Of a stretch of 55,911 nucleotides of DNA, positions 48,089-55,911 are shown one piece after another. The translations under genes and the position numbers were made by a program. Under the pieces are notes generated by a model. That model made no database searches, was not told the origin of the DNA, and worked only from the letters and a program-made list of their open reading frames with translations. This DNA comes from Chloroflexota bacterium (GTDB taxonomy: Bacteria > Chloroflexota > Ktedonobacteria > Ktedonobacterales > Ktedonobacteraceae). Where the stretch lies: contig JBKPAZ010000029.1 of NCBI GenBank assembly GCA_046726655.1, positions 1 through 55,911 of the forward strand. The letters run 5' to 3'. Within the stretch, counting starts at the first letter, position 1. Every line of letters starts with the position of its first letter.

Positions 48089-49168
48089 ATGATTGTCGTA
48101 ATGAAGCAGCATTGTAGTGAGGAATCTATTGAACACGTTATGACCTACTTGAAAGATCATGGATTAAGCGGTCACCTCTCGCAAGGAGTAGAACGCACCA
48201 TCATTGGTGTCCTCGGCGCGGTTGGCGTTGCCGGCACACGCACTACTGCGGGTGGCATTTATCCAGAAATTAGTGATGCTTTGGAGGGCCTTCCATGCGT
48301 TGAGACGGTATTGCCCGTCTCCAAACCCTACAAACTTGCAAGTCGTGAATTCCACCCCACCGATACTATTGTCGAGATTCCTGTTGCCTGTCTTACCGAA
48401 GGTATCGTTCGTATTGGCGATACTCCAGTTGTGATGATGGCAGGCCCATGCACAGTCGAGAACGAAAAGCAGCTTATGACCACTGCCGAAGCTGTTCGAA
48501 AGGAAGGAGCAGTTATCCTGCGCGGTGGCGCCTTTAAGCCATCTACCTCACCTTATGGCTTCCGAGGTCTTGGTGAAGTGGGGCTTAAATTGCTTGCCAA
48601 AGCTCGCGACGAGTTTGGCTTAGCAGTAATCACCGAGGTCATGACCCCAACAGACGTCGCAATGGTCTGTGAATACGCCGATATCCTGCAAATTGGCACT
48701 CGTAACATGCAAAACTATATGCTGCTCGATGAGGTAGGTCGCACAGATAAACCTGTGCTACTCAAGCGCGGCATGTCAGCCACTATTGAAGAATGGTTAC
48801 TCGCTGCAGAATACATACTTTCACAGGGCAATTCCAATGTCATTCTGTGCGAACGCGGCATTCGTACCTTTGAGAAGATGACGCGCAATACGATGGATAT
48901 CAGCGCTATTCCTGTTATTAAACGAGTCTCGCATCTGCCAATTATCTCCGACCCTAGCCAGGGCACAGGACATCGTGATCTCGTTGCTGCCATGTCATTA
49001 GCTTCAATCGCAGCAGGCACTGACGGGTTACTCATCGAGGTACACCCCAATCCTGACGAAGCATTGAAAGATGGTGCTCAATCGCTGACACTCGAACAGT
49101 TCAAAAGTTTAATGCCACGAGTAGAGTCGGTTGCTATGGCAGTTGGTCGCGGTGTCGTGACAGGCTAG
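48089..49168 (+). CDS. aroF: 3-deoxy-7-phosphoheptulonate (DAHP) synthase, type I-beta, with N-terminal ferredoxin-like regulatory domain
   Basis: 359 aa. MIVVMK...IIGVLG N-terminal domain, then the catalytic barrel ([31 protein letters not shown]). Confidence 0.88.
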   Translation: MIVVMKQHCSEESIEHVMTYLKDHGLSGHLSQGVERTIIGVLGAVGVAGTRTTAGGIYPEISDALEGLPCVETVLPVSKPYKLASREFHPTDTIVEIPVACLTEGIVRIGDTPVVMMAGPCTVENEKQLMTTAEAVRKEGAVILRGGAFKPSTSPYGFRGLGEVGLKLLAKARDEFGLAVITEVMTPTDVAMVCEYADILQIGTRNMQNYMLLDEVGRTDKPVLLKRGMSATIEEWLLAAEYILSQGNSNVILCERGIRTFEKMTRNTMDISAIPVIKRVSHLPIISDPSQGTGHRDLVAAMSLASIAAGTDGLLIEVHPNPDEALKDGAQSLTLEQFKSLMPRVESVAMAVGRGVVTG

Positions 49169-49335
49169 CAGCAAGAGAGATATCAAAGGCATGACCTGGT
49201 ATCTACTGCACCGGTACGTTGGTGCGGGTATAGTCTATGTCAGCGCTCTAGATTTCTGCAGATTTACAGCACAGGCTTAGTAGGCAAAGATGTGCTATAC
49301 TTTAGTAGTGCTAGCAGGGGCCGTTCCTGCGTAGA

Positions 49336-49683
49336 TTGAATAAGGAGATAAGAATGACAACCGTTGCAGAAATCTTCGATGCAATGCCCAAAAATTTCAA
49401 TTCCGCTGCCGCAGCAGGTATGACTAAATCGTTCCAATGGAACATTACTGGAGAGCAGGCCGGAGTCTGGGCTTTCAAAGTCGTCAACGGGGTTGGCGAA
49501 CTTGTACCACATGCTGTAGAGAAGCCCGACGTCACCTTCACCATCATCGATAAAGACTGGATTGCATTGATAGAAGGAAAACTTGATGCACAGAGCGCCT
49601 TTTTCAGTGGCCAGCTTAAAATAGCTGGCGATATGGGACTTGCACTCAGGGTACCTCAGCTCTTCCCTACAACGAGAAGCTAA
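49336..49683 (+). CDS. SCP2 sterol-binding domain protein
   Basis: 115 aa after AAGGAG. C-terminal AFFSGQLKIAGDMGLALRV motif. Confidence 0.7.
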   Translation: MNKEIRMTTVAEIFDAMPKNFNSAAAAGMTKSFQWNITGEQAGVWAFKVVNGVGELVPHAVEKPDVTFTIIDKDWIALIEGKLDAQSAFFSGQLKIAGDMGLALRVPQLFPTTRS

Positions 49684-49860
49684 CGAAGTAGAGCCTGGCA
49701 CTCTTCGCCGGTGCCAGGCCAGAGCCACGAGGCTCATTTGCTCAGCTTTTCAATTTTCAAATCTTGCCATTCCTTATGTTCTGTGGTATACTCACGATGT
49801 CTAAGAATGTCTTTGCCCGCCACTTCTAAAGTACGGCAACCCCGTAGAAAGGCGTCCGAC

Positions 49861-50361
49861 ATGGCCCTTAGGAGCGATGAACTACACCATAACCTTCAGC
49901 ACCTCAATGGTATGTTGACCACTCACGAAGCAGCAAAACACCTCGATCTCAGCTACTGGCATTTTATGCATCTCGTGGAAAAAGGACTGATACCAGGCGT
50001 GCGCGTTGTTGATCGCTGGCTCTTCTCCCCCAATGATTTGAATGAATATCGCCGTCGAAAGTACGGCCAACTGGAAGATTTGGCAAAGACGGCTCTGGAG
50101 CATCCGTCAGTTGAACTGACTGAAAAGCAGGAGACGATCTGCCAGTATCTGGTTAACAGTGAGCGCCCATCGGAAATTGCCCGCAAACTCAAACAATCCC
50201 GGCAGGCAGTTCACTCCCAAATTTCCCTCATCAGAGAAAAAGTCTCCCGCATCCAGCCCAAAAAAGCATCCTCACACATACCCGAAACACCTCAAAATAC
50301 ATCGGCGAGAACCACTCGTGTAAGTAAAAGCCCCATTCCACTTCGACCACCTAAAAAATAA
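49861..50361 (+). CDS. DNA-binding protein with two HTH modules (excisionase-type plus sigma-70 region-4/LuxR-like)
   Basis: LTTHEAAKHLDLSYWHFMHLVEKGLIPG and LTEKQETICQYLVNSERPSEIARKLKQSRQAVHSQISLIREKV. The start is uncertain (ATG 49861 after GAAAGG; alternative ATG 49807). Confidence 0.5.
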   Translation: MALRSDELHHNLQHLNGMLTTHEAAKHLDLSYWHFMHLVEKGLIPGVRVVDRWLFSPNDLNEYRRRKYGQLEDLAKTALEHPSVELTEKQETICQYLVNSERPSEIARKLKQSRQAVHSQISLIREKVSRIQPKKASSHIPETPQNTSARTTRVSKSPIPLRPPKK

Positions 50362-50382
50362 ACTCTACCAGATAAAGTAAGA

Positions 50383-50417
50383 CCTGTAAGTCTTGCGAGG
50401 CTTACAGGCCTTTTCTT
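50383..50417. terminator. Hairpin between convergent genes (possible bidirectional terminator)
   Basis: CCTGTAAG (50383-50390) / CTTACAGG (50401-50408) stem with a 10-nt loop, followed by CCTTTTCTT. Confidence 0.45.
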
Positions 50418-50440
50418 AAGACAAGCTAACACAGGAGTCT

Positions 50441-51595
50441 TCAGTTCTTTAGCAGCGACGCTTCAATCAACGGTGCCATAGCTGGTTCATGATTGGCAAG
50501 CGCACGCAACAAGCCAAAACATCCCGCCAACATCATATCACCATGCGGAGTAGCCTCGTAAGGGCGAAGCGATGAACCTCGCAGCATCTCACGCTTTGGG
50601 CCGGTCACAGCCAGGAAAGGAAACAATTCCCTACCATTACCCCTATTAACATCATTGAGAATCAACGCCCCATGGCCGCTCGTGTTAAACACCTCTTCGT
50701 TCGTTAACGTCCCGTCCGCCAACTTCACAAGCATTTGCTCAAGTTCGGGGCGACCAATCTCTCCCGTATGGTGTTCAAAGATACCTACAATACGGCCTTG
50801 CACAAGATGAAACGCCAGTGTATGAAAATTACCAACGTTGCACAGCAGGCTATTATGTTGACCTCTGACGAACGGGTCTTCCAACGCCCCAAGCACTGCT
50901 GCCGAGCCAGTATCCATTAACAGTAGCGGAGAGTGCGGGACTGAGCCACTCATTGCCTGGTAACGCGCAGCGCTAGCTGAGATAGATCGCAAACGTGTCA
51001 GATCAGCAGGAGTATCTTGTGCAGAGTAAGCAAAAGCGCTCGGTACCGGATTCTTCTGTACCGTTTGCGCAATAAAGTCAAAGCGAAAACGACGATCACT
51101 CACCCCCGGAGGAGCTGCTCCATGGTCAAAGGCCGCAATAGCCAATGCATCAACAGAGGGATCAACATCAAAAGCCCGCAAGGCGCTGCTAATAGCTCGA
51201 GCATCGAAATCCTGTAATTCGATATGTACCACACCTGAATGTTCTTTTCGTCGCTCAGCTTCAGACTCATCTATGATCTCAAAACCCATCTGTTCCACCA
51301 TCGTGAGATCATCATCAAAAGTCCGTCCTGCCCCCGCTGTAACAGCGACAGCAAAACCAGCCAGCGCATGGTCACGGGCCGCCCAATGACATGGCCCACC
51401 ACCCATTGTCACACCTGTCAAGAGTATCGGCTGACCACGTTCAGTCGCTCGCTTGATGCGTTCGGCGACAATAACCGTTGGCGATGGCATTACCATTTTG
51501 AAGCAGTTCTCTATCGTCTTCCCACTCTCGAAGAGCAGGATATCCTGCGTGCCCGTGCCAACATCAACGGCAAGGATTCGAATTGATTTGGACAT
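50441..51595 (-). CDS. ASKHA (actin/Hsp70/sugar-kinase fold) protein, DUF1786-like
   Basis: 384 aa. N-terminal phosphate-1-type motif ILAVDVGTGTQDILLF and a second LLMDTGSAAV motif. Confidence 0.45.
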   Translation of the reverse strand: MSKSIRILAVDVGTGTQDILLFESGKTIENCFKMVMPSPTVIVAERIKRATERGQPILLTGVTMGGGPCHWAARDHALAGFAVAVTAGAGRTFDDDLTMVEQMGFEIIDESEAERRKEHSGVVHIELQDFDARAISSALRAFDVDPSVDALAIAAFDHGAAPPGVSDRRFRFDFIAQTVQKNPVPSAFAYSAQDTPADLTRLRSISASAARYQAMSGSVPHSPLLLMDTGSAAVLGALEDPFVRGQHNSLLCNVGNFHTLAFHLVQGRIVGIFEHHTGEIGRPELEQMLVKLADGTLTNEEVFNTSGHGALILNDVNRGNGRELFPFLAVTGPKREMLRGSSLRPYEATPHGDMMLAGCFGLLRALANHEPAMAPLIEASLLKN

Positions 51596-51689
51596 AAGTG
51601 TACTCCTGAGTTAATAAGAGGTGTCATGATATGAGTATATCACCTTGATTTACAAGGAAGTATTGCGTCTTCTTTTTCAAATTACGAAC

Positions 51690-51718
51690 TTGACGTACTC
51701 CCTTAGAAGGAATACAAT
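51690..51718 (+). promoter_or_regulatory. Candidate sigma-70-type promoter of typA
   Basis: TTGACG (51690-51695), 17 nt spacer, TACAAT (51713-51718). Confidence 0.4.
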
Positions 51719-51831
51719 GTAGATGGAAGTTATCGGTAAAAAGTCAACATATTGACCGGGCGACTCTAGCCGTCCGGTTTTCTTATGTCTTCGGGGAGTT
51801 ATTCACCAAATTTATGCAGGTTCTAAATGCA

Positions 51832-53664
51832 ATGACTCAGACAAAAAACTTAGTAAAACGAGACGATATTCGCAACGTTGCCATCATTGCCCACGTTGAT
51901 CATGGAAAAACCACGTTGGTGGACGGCTTGCTCAAACAAAGCCACATCTTTCGCGAGAACCAGCATGTGGGTGAGCTCATCATGGACAATAATGATCAAG
52001 AACGCGAGCGCGGAATCACTATCCTGGCAAAAAACACAGCTATCACCTATCGCGGAACTAAAATCAATATCATTGATACTCCCGGACATGCTGACTTTGG
52101 TGGAGAGGTTGAGCGTGTACTAAACATGGCCGATGGCTGTATTCTACTTATCGATGCAGTGGAAGGGCCGATGCCGCAAACGCGCTTCGTCCTGCAAAAG
52201 GCGTTAGAACTCAATCTTCAACCCATCGTCGTAATTAATAAAATTGACCGCCGTGATGCACGTATTGACCAAGTACTCGATTGGACTCAAGATCTATTCC
52301 TGGAACTGGCAACAACCGATGCGCACCTCGATTTCCCCATCCTATATGCTATTGGACGTGACGGTGTTGCAATGTATCATCCTGATGACAATCGCCGTGA
52401 TCTTGAGCCATTGTTCGAATCTATCCTCAATACCGTTCCTGCACCCATTGTGGATCCCGAAGCGCCTCTGCAAATGCTAGTCGCAGCCCTCGACTACGAC
52501 GATTACAAAGGTAAATACGCTATAGGCCGCATTGTACGAGGGCGTATCTCTCCCAATTCGTTTGTAGCACATATCAATCGTGATGGTGTAGTATCCCGTC
52601 AGAAAATCAATCTCGTGCTGGCGTATCAGGGACTACAACGAGTCGAAGTCACAGAAGCGGTTGCCGGTGATATTGTTGCCCTTACGGGTATAGCGAACGC
52701 AAACATCGGTGACACCGTAGCCGATGTGAATACTCCCGAAGCTTTACCGACCATTGCTATCACCGATCCTACATTAAAGATGACCTTCAGCGTCAATACC
52801 AGCCCTTTTGCTGGACGTGAAGGAAAATATCCAACTTCACGACAACTGCGAGCGCGCCTCTATCGTGAACTCGAGACAAATGTCAGCCTACGGGTGGAAG
52901 AAGGCAATTCACCCGACGAGTTTATCGTTTCGGGACGCGGTGAATTGCACCTCTCGGTTTTAATTGAGACAATGCGCCGCGAAGGATACGAGTTCCAGGT
53001 ATCACGCCCGGAGGTCATCACTCGCGAGGGAGAGATTGGACAACTCGTTGAGCCGATCGAACACCTTGTCATCGATACGAGGGATACCTATATCGGTGTG
53101 TTAACTGAGACACTGGCCGCTCGCAAGGCGCAGCTAACCAACATGACCAATGATGGCTCGGGCAATGTACGCCTTGAGTATCACATTCCGACACGTGGCC
53201 TGATCGGTTTCCGTAATGCATTTCTCACCCTGACACAGGGTAATGGAGCAATGAGCAGCATGCTAATCGGCTATGAACCCTGGTTAGGCAAAATCGGCAC
53301 TACACGCATGGGCGCATTGATGGCCTCTGAGAACGGCGTGGCAATGACCTACGGGTTGAATAATGCTCAGCAGCGTGGAGACACCTTCATCGAGCCTGGC
53401 ACCCCCGTATATGAAGGTATGATTGTTGGTTTGAATGCCCGGCCTATGGATATGGTCGTTAACGTGTGCAAAGAGAAGCAGAAGACCAACATTCGTTCTT
53501 CTACCGCCGATATCGCGGTACGCCTGACACCGCCGCTCATCATGAGCCTTGAACAATCACTCGATTTCATCAACAACGATGAACTCGTCGAGGTGACGCC
53601 ACAAAACATCAGGCTACGCAAGCGTTACCTGACCCAGCACGAACGAGCACGCGCCAGGGAGTAA
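51832..53664 (+). CDS. typA: Translational GTPase TypA/BipA
   Basis: [39 protein letters not shown]-like domain layout. Start taken at MTQTK. Confidence 0.93.
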   Translation: MTQTKNLVKRDDIRNVAIIAHVDHGKTTLVDGLLKQSHIFRENQHVGELIMDNNDQERERGITILAKNTAITYRGTKINIIDTPGHADFGGEVERVLNMADGCILLIDAVEGPMPQTRFVLQKALELNLQPIVVINKIDRRDARIDQVLDWTQDLFLELATTDAHLDFPILYAIGRDGVAMYHPDDNRRDLEPLFESILNTVPAPIVDPEAPLQMLVAALDYDDYKGKYAIGRIVRGRISPNSFVAHINRDGVVSRQKINLVLAYQGLQRVEVTEAVAGDIVALTGIANANIGDTVADVNTPEALPTIAITDPTLKMTFSVNTSPFAGREGKYPTSRQLRARLYRELETNVSLRVEEGNSPDEFIVSGRGELHLSVLIETMRREGYEFQVSRPEVITREGEIGQLVEPIEHLVIDTRDTYIGVLTETLAARKAQLTNMTNDGSGNVRLEYHIPTRGLIGFRNAFLTLTQGNGAMSSMLIGYEPWLGKIGTTRMGALMASENGVAMTYGLNNAQQRGDTFIEPGTPVYEGMIVGLNARPMDMVVNVCKEKQKTNIRSSTADIAVRLTPPLIMSLEQSLDFINNDELVEVTPQNIRLRKRYLTQHERARARE

Positions 53665-54136
53665 CCTCCGACCCTGTTCGCTCACAACATGCTGAGCAAA
53701 TGCCCCTGAGTGTGTAACCAGGGGAGGAAGCGCCACCGCCGCTTTTCGTCCTCCCTGGTGATTACCCACGAGTGGGAGAAGCAGAGAAGCCTGGGTCAAC
53801 AAGACCCCCTGTGCCTGTGGTCCTGCTGATGGTTGCTCCTCCTTCCCTCGCGCTGCTTTCACCTAACTCGTCGGTAATCACCAATTAGCATGATAGGCCC
53901 ACGGGTTGCGCAACGAGGTGGCTCTTTGGCGTGAATCGGCTCCACAACGACTGTCATTCACCCTACGCGAAAAAGCGGTGGTGGGTCGTGGCTTTCCTGC
54001 GTGATGCCTTGCTCGAGAAGGACGACCCCACTTGATCTTCACTGCCTGAGCATTTCTCGCTAGTCGATATGAGGACTTCTTCTCACCGCTTTTTGTGGTA
54101 GTCTGTGAGAAACGAAGCAGAAAGGAGATACGACCC

Positions 54137-54643
54137 ATGGCTGAAGACAACTTCACGCTCACGACGTTTTACACCTCCTGGAAAGAGTACCAGGATCATA
54201 TCAAAGGGGCGCTCGCGCCGCTGGCCGCCGAGCAGCTTGAGCTGCGCGCCGCACCTCACCTGCGCTCCATCGGCGAGAATGCCCTGCACATCATCGGCTG
54301 CCGTGCCTTCTGGTTCACCGAGTTCCTCGGCGAGGACGGCGGCGAGGAGATGAAGGTGTATGTGGGTTGGAACGAGGTTGCGCTGGCGCTGGGGGCACCC
54401 GTCCCAACCGCTGCCGAGCTGGCCCAGGGCCTTGACCGCACGTGGCAATTCATGACGGATTGCCTGGCCCGTTGGAGTCCCGACGACGTGCACCAGACCT
54501 TCCCCGACGACTGGGATGGCAAACAAGTTGACTTATCACGCGCCTGGGTTGTCTGGCATGTGATGGAGCATGACCTGCACCACGGTGGCGAGCTCTCGCT
54601 CACCCTCGGCTTGCACGGGCTCCCGGCGGATTTCCCCGGCTAG
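54137..54643 (+). CDS. DinB family (four-helix-bundle metalloprotein) protein
   Basis: ATG after AAAGGAG. NALHIIG and HVMEHDLHHGGELS His motifs. Confidence 0.75.
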   Translation: MAEDNFTLTTFYTSWKEYQDHIKGALAPLAAEQLELRAAPHLRSIGENALHIIGCRAFWFTEFLGEDGGEEMKVYVGWNEVALALGAPVPTAAELAQGLDRTWQFMTDCLARWSPDDVHQTFPDDWDGKQVDLSRAWVVWHVMEHDLHHGGELSLTLGLHGLPADFPG

Positions 54644-54819
54644 AGCCTGTTAAAGACTCGCCTCTGAAGAGGTCAGGATACTCACCAATTCATCGGCGAG
54701 AGTGTTCAAGTGTGCCTCGCTTTCAGGAAAGTTTTTGTTCTTCCTCATCAAAGAGGCACATTTTTATCCCTGCTCGCTACAAGTTACCTCTCGTTGCGCA
54801 TCTCGTGGGTAGGAGACGA

Positions 54820-55470
54820 TCACGGTACCGTCACTGTCGCTACAGGATTCCAGCCAGGAGTGTTCACGGGTACGCCGGGCGGATTAACCCCAACCTGGTA
54901 GATCGTGATGACCTTGTTGGTGGTGTCCCCATTCGCATCGAAGGATTGTTGTCCCAGCACCCCGGTAAAGGAAATACTCTCGATCGCGGCAATCACCGCG
55001 GTTCGGAACGCTACAGCCCCTGCAGAATCACTCGAATTCTGCGGCGCATGTGCCCCATTGGCCAACGCCGTTTTGATTGCCTGGATCAGGATGTTCATGG
55101 CGTCATAGGACGCCGCGCTGTAGGCGCCAAAGTTGCTCGCCCCGTAGGTAGCATCGTATTGCTGGATGAACGACGATGCCCCTGGCGCTTTCGCCACGTC
55201 TTCGGTCGCAACGGTGCCGTAGGCCGGGCCACCTGTGCCTGTTGGAACCGCGTTGGCAAAGTCACTGGTGACAACACCATCACCCCCAGCCAGTGGGGTA
55301 GCTTGTAGCCCAGGCACTTGCAGCATCTGCTGTCGGATCAAGTCGCCCCCAGCAGAGTTCAGACCGCCAAAATAGATTACATCCGGACTCATGGTCGCAA
55401 TCTGCGTGAGCAGCGAGACATAGGAGGTAGTCGTTCCTGGCTCGCTAAATGCTTCCAGGTAAAGCATGCG
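54820..55470 (-). pseudogene. 5'-truncated periplasmic solute-binding protein gene (LivJ/Peripla_BP_6-like), C-terminal two-thirds only
   Basis: Recognisable SBP sequence begins abruptly (..EAFSEPGTTTSYVSLLTQIATMSPDVIYFGG..). There is no signal peptide or N-terminal lobe. The upstream sequence is replaced by the IS630-like element. Confidence 0.55.
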
Positions 55471-55526
55471 GAGATATGATACAATGAGGGGGAGAAATGT
55501 GGAAGATTGAAGAAAGGAAGAAAGAA

Positions 55527-55911
55527 ATGACAGCTCCCATAACTCTCCGACCATTGGACGAACAAACCCTGACCGACCTCTACAGTCGCTACGATGGCAC
55601 CTCCGATACCGAAACGCGCACGCGCTATCAGATGCTCTTGCTCGAAGCCTAGGGGCAGACCTCGACCCAGATTGCCCAGATCGTGCTGCGGAGCCAGGAC
55701 ACGGTGGTACGTGTCCTCAAACGGTTCTTCACAGGCGGGTTGGATGCTGTCCCCCGACGAACTGCACCAAGCCGAGAGCGAACGGTCACGGCAGCCTGGG
55801 AGGCTGAGTTGGTGCGAGTCATCGAGTTGGACCCCCATGAAGTAGGACAGGACACAGCGAACTGGACCACTGAGAGGCTCGCAGAATACTTATACCAGCA
55901 AACGGGTGTTC
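55527..55911 (+). mobile_element. IS630-family transposase gene, N-terminal HTH part, interrupted by an in-frame TAG and running off the window
   Basis: Hand translation: MTAPITLRPLDEQTLTDLYSRYDGTSDTETRTRYQMLLLEA*GQTSTQIAQIVLRSQDTVVRVLKRFFTGGLDAVPRRTAPSRERTVTAAWEAELVRVIELDPHEVGQDTANWTTERLAEYL. TAG at 55650-55652. Confidence 0.6.

Noticed and set aside
51750-51785. Small hairpin (ACCGG..CCGGT) plus a T-run in the typA leader, considered as a possible attenuator.
   Set aside because: The stem is only about 5-7 bp with mismatches. No alternative structure or leader peptide is evident.
1-55911. Search for CRISPR arrays, rRNA or tRNA genes, integrases or recombinases, and toxin-antitoxin pairs.
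   Set aside because: No regularly spaced direct repeats, no rRNA-like or cloverleaf-like conserved segments in the intergenic regions, and no tyrosine or serine recombinase motifs were found by eye. A tRNAscan/Infernal run would be needed for certainty.

Overview
This 55.9 kb chromosomal window is mostly housekeeping and metabolic genes, with one accessory island. Gene content points to a Chloroflexota/Ktedonobacteria-like genome: many Hanks-type kinases, a T-box leader, an IS630-type element, and mixed 45-60% GC judged by eye. That attribution is inference only.

The main item is a tightly packed three-gene minus-strand operon at 3870-14032, which looks AT-richer than its flanks.
- Gene A (1105 aa) is a tandem pseudokinase plus Hanks Ser/Thr kinase fused to a roughly 545-aa P-loop NTPase module.
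- Gene B (568 aa) has no motif I can recognise.
- Gene C (1678 aa) carries a PD-(D/E)xK-like motif and a C-terminal HerA/FtsK-type ATPase.

Gene order, sizes and the architecture of the large protein resemble DptF-DptG-DptH (DndFGH), the restriction half of phosphorothioate systems. However, no dndA-E or any other modification gene lies in the window, and the F-like component is fused to kinase domains. I read it as an orphan, kinase-coupled DndFGH-like candidate defence system. This rests on motifs and synteny, not on alignments.

Other content:
- A tryptophan T-box leader (UGG specifier) precedes a 10-gene operon, trpS-trpE-G-D-CF-B-(B3/4 domain gene)-trpA-aroF.
- A fructosamine (frl)-like locus encodes a fused PfkB kinase-SIS protein.
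- Two coupled kinase-like genes have a degenerate catalytic loop (HGN instead of HRD). One of them is fused to a PstS-like binding domain.
- A PadR gene sits behind a triple operator repeat.
- Also present: a membrane-anchored MutS-related ATPase, a DtxR-FTR1 metal pair, typA, and an IS630-type transposase with an in-frame TAG beside a truncated solute-binding gene.

I found no rRNA, tRNA or CRISPR array. All product calls come from motif recognition by eye, and coordinates include stop codons.
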